Source: a virus (Duplodnaviria > Caudoviricetes). Taken from it: a stretch of 28,816 nucleotides of DNA. Below the pieces are notes generated by a model. The model had not been told where the DNA came from. It saw only the letters and a list, made by a program, of their open reading frames with translations, and did not search any database. The stretch covers positions 1 through 28,816 of IMG/VR virus record IMGVR_UViG_3300032212_000117; one strand, written 5' to 3'. Shown here piece by piece: positions 8,910-17,100 of the stretch; position 1 is the first letter of the stretch, and each line of letters opens with the position of its first letter. The translations under genes were made by a program, and so were the position numbers.

Positions 8910-11536
8910 GCGATGGTGTCCTGAACACATTCAATCGCGGTGAGGTCAGTTCGCTCGCGTTCGGGCGTGACAGGGTTGATCGGATCCGAAATTCAGCTGA
9001 GCTGGTTGATAACTGGGTTCCGATGCGGCTTGGCCCGATGATCCGTCGCGGTGGTTTTGAAGTGATTGCTGCTGCCCTGACGGGGTCGCGGTTTTTTGAA
9101 TTCTTCTATTCGCTGAGCGAAGTGGCTGCACTTGAGATGGGAGACAGCCTGCTGCGCATCTGGAAAGATGACGCGCTGATGTCCCGCACCGCAGTGACAT
9201 CGACGATTGCGAATGGCGACTTTGCGACCGATCTGGCCAGCTGGACTGACGCCTCGGGGGCCGGCTCCTCTGTGACGTGGACAGCGAGCGGCGCCAAGTT
9301 TGTCGGGGCTGACACGACTGACGCGGTTTTGCACCAAACGCTGGGAAGCACACAGACGGGCGCTGAGCACGGTTTGCGGATAAAGGTTATCGACGCACCG
9401 CTTCGGGTTCTGATCGGCACCAGCGGAGCCAGCAGCGACGATATTACGGACAGTTTGCTTGAGCCTGGGGAATATTCTTTGGTTTTCACGCCAGATGCGG
9501 CGGCAACCATCACATTTGTGAATGATCAGGTGTATAGCGCCACGCTCGAAAGTGTTGAGTTGGAGGCTGCTGGCACGGTGACGATCCCGACACCGGTCCC
9601 GCTAGCGGATGTCGATAGTGTTTTCATGTCTCAGCAAGCGGGCCGGATTTACTGCAACTGGTCTGGTGAGCAATTCATGATTGAGCGCCGAGGGCCTAAG
9701 TCGTGGGGCGTTGTTGATTATCGCGTTGATGATGGCCCGTTCGATACCGTAAACTTGGATGAGGGCCTCACGCTGACGGCAGGTGCCCTGAAGGGCGACA
9801 CAACGCTGACGGCATCAAAGCGGCACTTCAAGGCGGCAGACGTAGGCACGCTGCGGAAGTTGCTAAGCACAGGCCAGGAGGTGAGCGCAACCGTCACGGC
9901 AGAAGATAATGGCACGGATTCGGTCAGGGTTACGGGTACGAACGGCCCTTCCCGTGCCTTCAGATTTACGATCTCGGGCACTTTTGTCGCGAGTGTTTTG
10001 CTTCAGCGATCGACAGATGGCACCAGCGGGTGGGAGACAGCGCGGGGGCCATTCACATCCACGATCACAGAAAGCTGGGATGACGATCTTGACGGGACGG
10101 TTTATTTCTATCGGCTGCATGTCCCTTCTGGTGGCTTCACGAGCGGCTCCGTTGGTCTGAATATCTCGTATTCAGGCGGCGGCATCGAGGGCATTTGCCG
10201 GATTAAATCGATCACAAGCTCGACCGTGGCACAGGTCCAGGTGCTTCAGGCTATGGGATCCACGGATGCCACACGGGATTGGCGCCGCAGCCAATGGGGC
10301 GGCGAGGCCGGTTACCCGAATGCGAACGCGCTTTACGAAGGGCGACTTTGGCAGGCAGGCAAAGAGGGCCATTGGGGCTCGGTAAGTGATTCCCCGCGTT
10401 CCTACGACCGCGACTTAGAGGGCGCAAGTTCGTCCATTTTCAAGACCATTGGTCAGGGTCCGGTCGATGAGGTGAGCTGGATTGCAGCCGCGTCTCGGTT
10501 GGCGCTCGGACTTGCAAGCGACGTAATCCCGGTTCGATCGTCATCCTTTGGTGAGGCGATGACCCAAGATAATGTGCTTTTGCGGGATGGTCCGAACCAA
10601 GGTGCCGCACTGGTTGACCCGAAGCGTTTGGGCAATTCGCTGTTTTATGTCCACGCGAACGGTTCGAAGATCTATGAGTTGACATATTCCACGGGGGATG
10701 ACGGCTTCCACGCGAATGATCAGACGCTGCTCCACGAGGATATTTGCAAGCCGGGTGCTTCTGAGCTGGCGCTTGCGATACAACCGGAAACACGCCTCTT
10801 TGTCAGGTTGAGCGACGGCAGTGCTCGGGTTCAGCTGTTTGACAAGGCCGAGGATATTCTGGGCTGGTCCAGGATCACGCTCGCAAGCGGTCAGATAACC
10901 GGGATTTTCACGTTGCCGGCGACAGATGAGACCATGATTTATGCCAAGATCTCTTATGGCGGCACGGAATACCTCTGCAAGCTTGCGAAGTTGAGCGAGT
11001 TCAATACACGGCCTGCGGACCTGTTTACCCACTATGCGGGTCCAATTCAGACTTGCACGGGGCTTGATCGCTTCGATGGCGTTTCGGTTGAGGCTTGGTC
11101 TGGGTCTGCGAAGATTGGCACGTTCACGCCTTCGGGCGGTTCGATTGATCTTGGTGCCAGCTACTCTGATGTGACGGTTGGATTGACGATCACGGCCAAA
11201 TATAAGTCCGGCAAGCTCGGCCAGTATGGTGAGCGATCGGTTTTGTCAGAGCGCAAGCGAGTCGTGGATCTGGCGATCTTAATGAAAAGTGTATGGCATG
11301 AGGGCCTGACTTTCGGCGTGAGCGATACGCGCCAGGATGCCCTGCCATTGTATTACAAAGGCGCAGAGCTGGATACGACTGCTCTGATTGATGATTTCGA
11401 TACTGTCGGTGTTCCGTTTGAGGGGGATTTCGATGTCGATAGCCGGATCTATATCACCGCCATGGGACCGGCGACCATTCTGGCTCTAAGTTTTGACTAT
11501 GACGAACGCGAACGTCAGGCCCGCGCAGCCCAGTGA
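8906..11536 (+). CDS. Tail nozzle (T7 gp12 / tail tubular protein B-like)
   Basis: N-terminal TFNRGEVS...NWVPMRLGPMIRRGG, GYPNANALYEGRLW and GWSR motifs of this beta-propeller family; 876 aa with inserted beta-sandwich segments. Confidence 0.88.
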   Translation: MSDGVLNTFNRGEVSSLAFGRDRVDRIRNSAELVDNWVPMRLGPMIRRGGFEVIAAALTGSRFFEFFYSLSEVAALEMGDSLLRIWKDDALMSRTAVTSTIANGDFATDLASWTDASGAGSSVTWTASGAKFVGADTTDAVLHQTLGSTQTGAEHGLRIKVIDAPLRVLIGTSGASSDDITDSLLEPGEYSLVFTPDAAATITFVNDQVYSATLESVELEAAGTVTIPTPVPLADVDSVFMSQQAGRIYCNWSGEQFMIERRGPKSWGVVDYRVDDGPFDTVNLDEGLTLTAGALKGDTTLTASKRHFKAADVGTLRKLLSTGQEVSATVTAEDNGTDSVRVTGTNGPSRAFRFTISGTFVASVLLQRSTDGTSGWETARGPFTSTITESWDDDLDGTVYFYRLHVPSGGFTSGSVGLNISYSGGGIEGICRIKSITSSTVAQVQVLQAMGSTDATRDWRRSQWGGEAGYPNANALYEGRLWQAGKEGHWGSVSDSPRSYDRDLEGASSSIFKTIGQGPVDEVSWIAAASRLALGLASDVIPVRSSSFGEAMTQDNVLLRDGPNQGAALVDPKRLGNSLFYVHANGSKIYELTYSTGDDGFHANDQTLLHEDICKPGASELALAIQPETRLFVRLSDGSARVQLFDKAEDILGWSRITLASGQITGIFTLPATDETMIYAKISYGGTEYLCKLAKLSEFNTRPADLFTHYAGPIQTCTGLDRFDGVSVEAWSGSAKIGTFTPSGGSIDLGASYSDVTVGLTITAKYKSGKLGQYGERSVLSERKRVVDLAILMKSVWHEGLTFGVSDTRQDALPLYYKGAELDTTALIDDFDTVGVPFEGDFDVDSRIYITAMGPATILALSFDYDERERQARAAQ

Positions 11537-11852
11537 TGGCTTGAGCCTGCCTGCCTCTGGGCGCGCATGGGTCATGGTCAAGGATGATCAGCTGCTCGGT
11601 TATGGCGGCGTGCTCTATGGGGATTTCCCCCAAGCATTCATGAACCTGACGCCCGAGGCGTTGGAGTGGCCGGTTCTACTGGCAAAGAGTGCGCGAGCGT
11701 TTCGCCGCGTATTGGATCAACACGAAACCGTGTTCGCGATTGCGGACCATAATTACCCTACGGCCCCCCGGTTCCTTGAGTGGATTGGGTTTGAGCCAGC
11801 GGGATACTTTGAGGGAAGGAGGCTTTACCGTTGGCATTCGACGCTTCAGTAA
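11499..11852 (+). CDS. GNAT-fold protein (T7 gp13-like position)
   Basis: N-terminal VRPA and C-terminal RFLEWIGF (GNAT motif B-like); sits between nozzle and ejection genes. ATG at 11499 preferred over TTG at 11493. Confidence 0.7.
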   Translation: MTNANVRPAQPSDGLSLPASGRAWVMVKDDQLLGYGGVLYGDFPQAFMNLTPEALEWPVLLAKSARAFRRVLDQHETVFAIADHNYPTAPRFLEWIGFEPAGYFEGRRLYRWHSTLQ

Positions 11853-12304
11853 AGAAAAAGCCGATGGACTTCGACTATCTCGATGTCGCAAGCAGTTTCC
11901 TGACCGGGGGCGGTTCCCTGATCTCTGGTCTCGGTGGTTACCAGGCTGGCCAATCAGAGGCAGCGCAGCGGGAGGTCCGGGCCGATCAGGCGCTCGCGAC
12001 AGGTACACGCCGCGCAACAGAGGTGCGTCGCCAGGGCGATAAGGTGGCTTCTGATGCCGTTGCGGCCAATGCCTTTAATGGCGGTGCCATGGACGCGGGG
12101 ATGATCGAGCGCATGGCCCGGATCGAAAGCGATACTGATTACAATGTTCTGGCGGAGATGTATGCGGCTGAGACACTGGCCGAAAGCGAGCGATATGCGG
12201 CGCGTGTTGCCAAGAAGACTGGTCAGAACCGTCTGATCGCGGGCGGAATCAAGTCCATCCCGTCTATTCTTGACGGCGCCAAGAAAATGGGCTGGCTCGA
12301 ATGA
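11831..12304 (+). CDS. Small ejection/internal virion protein (gp14/gp7-like)
   Basis: GGAGG RBS 8 nt before a TTG start; Gly-rich hydrophobic N-terminal segment, Ala/Gln helical middle, hydrophobic C-terminus; synteny. Confidence 0.75.
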   Translation: MAFDASVKKKPMDFDYLDVASSFLTGGGSLISGLGGYQAGQSEAAQREVRADQALATGTRRATEVRRQGDKVASDAVAANAFNGGAMDAGMIERMARIESDTDYNVLAEMYAAETLAESERYAARVAKKTGQNRLIAGGIKSIPSILDGAKKMGWLE

Positions 12305-13944
12305 GGATCCCTGACGTCAAAGGCGTTGCCCGATCGGTCCCTGCCGTTCAGTCGCAATTGGTTCGATCCAATCCCTATGAGGGTCTTGGCGAGGCGCTGG
12401 AAGGGCTTGGACGGGCTGCGGAGCGTGAGGTTGATGAGCGTGCGTCTTACCAGACAGCGCAGGCCCGAAGCGCCTTTATCAAGTCCCGTATTGAGCAGGA
12501 CAGCGCATTTGAGGAAGATCTCGATTATGCTGATCTTCCTGAGCGTTACGAAGAGGGATTGCGTAAAAGCCTTTCGACGGTTTCTGAGCAGATCAAAAAC
12601 CCACGTGCGCGGGCCATGTTCGAAGAAGAGCAGCAGGTTCGTATCGCCGAGGGCAAGGCTCGTCAGGCGCTGCGAGCCAGCGGGATTGAGCGGGACACTG
12701 AGCGCGCACGTGTCAGCGAGAGCTTGAATGGATTGAACGAAGCGGGCCTTGGCTCAGAGGATCCCCTTGAAATGTTTGCAGAGGTTGGGTCTTTGCTTGA
12801 GAGTGCGGTCGAGGCCGGTTATTACACGGCAGAGGAAGCGGGCCGAACCGAGCGGGTTTGGAAAGACACGTTCGCGGCCAATAAGATCTCTCTCATGGAA
12901 CCGGATAAGCGCCTGGAGGCTCTTGAGCTGCCATGGGCACAGAATATCCCCACTGTGGTGCGTGAGAAGCTGCGTGAAGAAGCTGAGCGGGATGGGCGGT
13001 CTGCCAGAGCGATTGAGAGTTCAGAGCAATTCTGGGCCGATACTGGTGGTGATTACAACGCTGCCTTGAAGCTCGCAGCTAAGATCAAGGACACCGATGA
13101 TCGCCTCGCTGTTGAGGGCCGTTTGACGACTATGCGAACCCGTCAGGATCAGCAAGAGCGTGAGCAGAACCGCGAAAATGTTCGTGCTGGATGGGAAGTG
13201 CTTGAGCAGGGTGGTGGGCTCGAAGACATTGATTCCGGCGTCTGGGCCGCACTGGATCCTCAAGAGCGTATTCAGATGCGGTCATGGATTAGTGCCCAGG
13301 CGCGTGCTGCTGCAGCCGGATCAAGCCGGGTTACAGACCTAAATGCCTATAATGATGTTTACAGCTTCCTCGACACAGACGACGCGACGGGCGCCCTAAG
13401 CTACCTCAACGCGAATTACGACAAGTTTTCAGAGAGTGACTATCGGAGTTTGCGGTCGAAGATCTCCGGCACATTCGAGGATCCGGGCCTGATTGAGAGT
13501 TCGCGGTCACTGACGCAAAGCGTTTCGAGTGCGATCGACCGGGCCGGCCTAAAGGGTGATGAGACCAAGGGTGAGTTGCTTCTCGAATATGATCGGCTTC
13601 AGCAGGATTATCAGCGCGAACATGGCGAAGATCCTTCGGACCAGTGGCGTGATGAAGCGATTGAGGGGCTGGCTGCGAAGTACAAGATCACCAAGTCTGG
13701 CTGGTTCAATGACAAGACGTCCGCAGCCTATGAGGTTGAAAAGATTGGAACCGTGCCGCAGCGCCACACGCAGGCGGTGCTTAACGCTTTCGGCTCTGTG
13801 GACAGCAAGACGACGATTTCTGAAGAAAAGCTTGGCCGATCTTACTCAATGGCCATGGCATATTTCCGATGGCATGGGATGAGCAATCCAAGTGATGAAG
13901 CAATAACCGAGATGATCAAAGCTCAACAGGCGGCTCAAGAATGA
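12301..13944 (+). CDS. Middle ejection/internal virion protein (gp15/gp20-like)
   Basis: 547 aa, predicted all-helical and charged; N-terminal 'MRIP...GLGEALEGLG' pattern; synteny. No muralytic domain recognised. Confidence 0.75.
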   Translation: MRIPDVKGVARSVPAVQSQLVRSNPYEGLGEALEGLGRAAEREVDERASYQTAQARSAFIKSRIEQDSAFEEDLDYADLPERYEEGLRKSLSTVSEQIKNPRARAMFEEEQQVRIAEGKARQALRASGIERDTERARVSESLNGLNEAGLGSEDPLEMFAEVGSLLESAVEAGYYTAEEAGRTERVWKDTFAANKISLMEPDKRLEALELPWAQNIPTVVREKLREEAERDGRSARAIESSEQFWADTGGDYNAALKLAAKIKDTDDRLAVEGRLTTMRTRQDQQEREQNRENVRAGWEVLEQGGGLEDIDSGVWAALDPQERIQMRSWISAQARAAAAGSSRVTDLNAYNDVYSFLDTDDATGALSYLNANYDKFSESDYRSLRSKISGTFEDPGLIESSRSLTQSVSSAIDRAGLKGDETKGELLLEYDRLQQDYQREHGEDPSDQWRDEAIEGLAAKYKITKSGWFNDKTSAAYEVEKIGTVPQRHTQAVLNAFGSVDSKTTISEEKLGRSYSMAMAYFRWHGMSNPSDEAITEMIKAQQAAQE

Positions 13945-13945
13945 C

Positions 13946-14098
13946 CTACTTCTTGCCTCGCCATTTGCGCCATTTGAAGTTCAGGTCGGCATACAGCTCG
14001 TCCCACCACCATTTCAACGTCATTCCGATGGCGGTCAGCACGAATAGGGCAACAATGCCAATTACAGCCATTCCGATGTCGTGCGCTAGCTTATCCAT
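13946..14098 (-). CDS. Small single-pass membrane protein (50 aa), antisense accessory gene
   Basis: MDKLAHDIGMAVIGIVALFVLTAIGMTLKWWWDELYADLNFKWRKWRGKK: one TM helix plus a basic/aromatic tail; fills the gap between two + strand genes almost exactly. RBS is weak. Confidence 0.6.
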   Translation of the reverse strand: MDKLAHDIGMAVIGIVALFVLTAIGMTLKWWWDELYADLNFKWRKWRGKK

Positions 14099-14107
14099 GG
14101 TGGGCGT

Positions 14108-17100
14108 ATGACACCTGAACAGATCATTGAACAGGAAAAAGCGCGCAGCGGTGCAGGTGGGGTTGAGATGGCTCCGACACCTGACACCATAATTGCGCGC
14201 GAAAAAGAGCGCTTGGCCAATAGTGCCTCTGGGTCGTTCTACACGATGCGCGAGACGCAGCCAGAGCGTGCTAGCAAGGTTATTTCGCTCTCTGATCGGC
14301 TTGGCGCTGAACGTGATTTTGTTGATCGCAATCTTGAGACGATGGAAGAGGCTGCTGCCGAAGATGAGCGTCGGAGCCTGCTGGCTCAATTCCCGAAGGT
14401 GGCGCAGTTCTTCTCTGACCCGTATCGAGCCGCAGAGGCGAAAGATAGCGTCTCCAACTTTGCTGAGATCGAAAAAGCATTTGCGGCCCGTCAGAAAGCA
14501 TCCCGGCCTAAAGGTTGGCTAGAGGCTCCATTCTCACAGACCGGAGATCTGGCGCGGTCAGCTGCGGGTGAGTTCGTCAACATGTTCGGCATGGGTGTTC
14601 GCGGTGCGGGTGACCTCACAGGAGCGTATGTGAACACCATGCGCGGCGGTGCCAATATGGTGCCTGGTCTTCGCGAGGGATTGGCCGAACTGGACCGTGT
14701 TGAGGCAGAAATCGCTCCAGAGGCGAAAAACTTCGCGCCACAGAATTATCTGCGCACAGCGGGTGGGGGCGTCTCCGAGCTGGGCGAGATCATCAAGCCC
14801 AAGGATATGGGCTTCGAGGACAAAGTTGCTGGTGCGCTTGGTCAAATTGTTGGTGCTGTTATCACCACGGTTGCTGGTGGTCCGGGCGCGTCTGCTGGTT
14901 TATTCATGGGTATGGGCGCTGATCAACAGGGTCAGGCTATGCGCAATGCTGGCCTCAACCCAGACGAGATGCTGCCTGAGCTGGTGGCCGGTGCTGGAAT
15001 TACTGGATTGAGCGAGCAATTGCGTCTCGGGTCGATCATGCGGATAATGCCGAAAGAAGCGCGCCAGAAGGTGGTTTCAAAGATGCTGGCCCGTGTTGCG
15101 GGTCAGGCCGGTGAAGAAGCGGTTCAGGAGTCTGTTGAGGGTATCCTGCAGAACGTTATGACCACGACATATGACGCGGATGCGAGTGTTTTCGATGGGA
15201 TTGCAGAGCAGGCCACGACAGCTGGTGCGGCCGCTGCGATTTTCCAGACCCTTGTTGAGGTCGCGTTGCCCGGCAAACAGCGTGGCGTGCGTGCTGAGAC
15301 CAATGCCCAGGAATTGATGGATATTCGCGAGGCGATCGAACAGACGCCCGTCTTCCAGCGTTCACGCGAAAGCATAGAGGCATTTCTTCAGCAGGCTGGT
15401 GAGGGCGAGACGATCCTGCTGCACAGCGAAGATCTGGTTGAGCTTTATCAGTCAGCCCCGCAAGAGTTTCTGCAGCGCATGGATGAGGTTGGTCTCACCG
15501 AAGACGATATTTCTCGCGCTATGGATGGTCATGACATAGAGGTCGAGGCCGCAAAGATCCTGTCCGTTTCCGAGGGCTTCGAGGATTGGGTCAAGATCGC
15601 CAAGGCCGATGGAGAGACACCAACGCTTCGCGAGCTGGAGCGATCTGTTGAAGATTCCGACGCTATGGGCGCCGTGGACTTCACAGAGGCGTTTGAGCGC
15701 ATCGCTAAGCAGGATGAGGCGCTGGAGGGCTTTGAGCGCGTACAGAGCGCTGTTACAGAGCAATTGGTCACTGCGGGGCGCGGACAAGCCGAGGCAGAGG
15801 CCGCAGGCGTCGTATGGGGCGCCATGTTCCGTCAGCTAGCCGAGGCCGGTGTAGACGAGGGCGCTGTGTTCGATCGGCTTGGTTTGCGGATCAATGAGCC
15901 TGCTGCACCACGCCTGCCTAAGCCGCAAGAGCCACAAAGCCTGCATTCTTTCATTCGAGAGCTGGGCGGGATCCGCGAAAGCTTCGGCGAGGATCAGAGC
16001 GGACACTTGCGCGGTGAGGTCGATGCGCGGCTTGGCGAACGTGTTCCAGGTCTGATCAATAATGCTTCTGGCGTCACACTGGATGAGATTTTCCGTGCCG
16101 CAACCGAGGAAGGCGGGTTTGAAATCCGCGATGAGCAAGACCTGCTGGATCTTCTGGATCAGGATTTGTCGGGCAACCGTGTCTATCCGGTTGGTGAGGC
16201 AGAGGTCTATTCAGCCGAACTGGATGCTTATGAAGCGCAGTTTGAGAAGCCAGATGGCGAGGTCATGGATCAGGCCGCTGAGGCCGGCTACGAAGGCTCA
16301 GACCGGGGCGAGGCCTCCGAATGGCTTGCTGCCTCTCAGAAGGGCCTAGACATGTCCCAAGAGGCTCGTATGGCCCGTGCGCGGGAGATGGGGTTTGATA
16401 CGGAGCAGGTGCTGTATCATGGAACTGGCGCAGACTTTCAGGAGTTTTTACGCGTCCCTCCGGCGCGTTCAACTAGCGCAGACTCCGCACGCGCCGGCGT
16501 ATGGATGACGGATTCCGCTCAGGAAGCTGCAGAGTATGGAGAGCTTGCTGCGCAAAATCTGAAAACAAACGTGCTTCAGCAGCGAATCAACCAGGCTGAG
16601 CGGCGCGGAGACTGGGACGAAGTAAACAAATTAACCCAAGAATGGGAGGCCTCCGATGCCGCGGGCTTTGATGGAGAGATGGTTCTCCCATTGGTTTCGC
16701 GTGGAAGTCTTCGGGTGGTCGATCTGGGTGGCAAAAAGTTCTCTGAAGCTGGGAATGAAATTTGGCAGGCAATCAACGCTGCTCAAAAAGAAGGGGTCGC
16801 TGGCGTCAGATTCACAAATATAGTGGACCCAGTTAGTAGTGCGGTCCCAACTGAGCCGACAACTCATACGCTCATCTTCGACCCCTCCAACATCCGCTCA
16901 GTAAACGCAGCTTTCGATCCAAACGCTTCTGAGAGCGCGAACCTGCTTGCCCAGAACCCGCCGCGCTCTCTGTTCGCCGCGATGAAAATGGACCCGCAAG
17001 ACCGGGCCGATTGGTATGATCGGATTGTCGATGAGCGGAAGGTTGGAACGAAGACCATCCTTACACTCAAAGCTGATACACGGAATTTGATCGACGATGA

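Noticed and set aside
14099-14389. Full 147-aa minus-strand ORF from the track
   Set aside because: The first ~97 aa overlap the giant gene antisense and look like shadow sequence; only the last 50 aa fit the intergenic gap.
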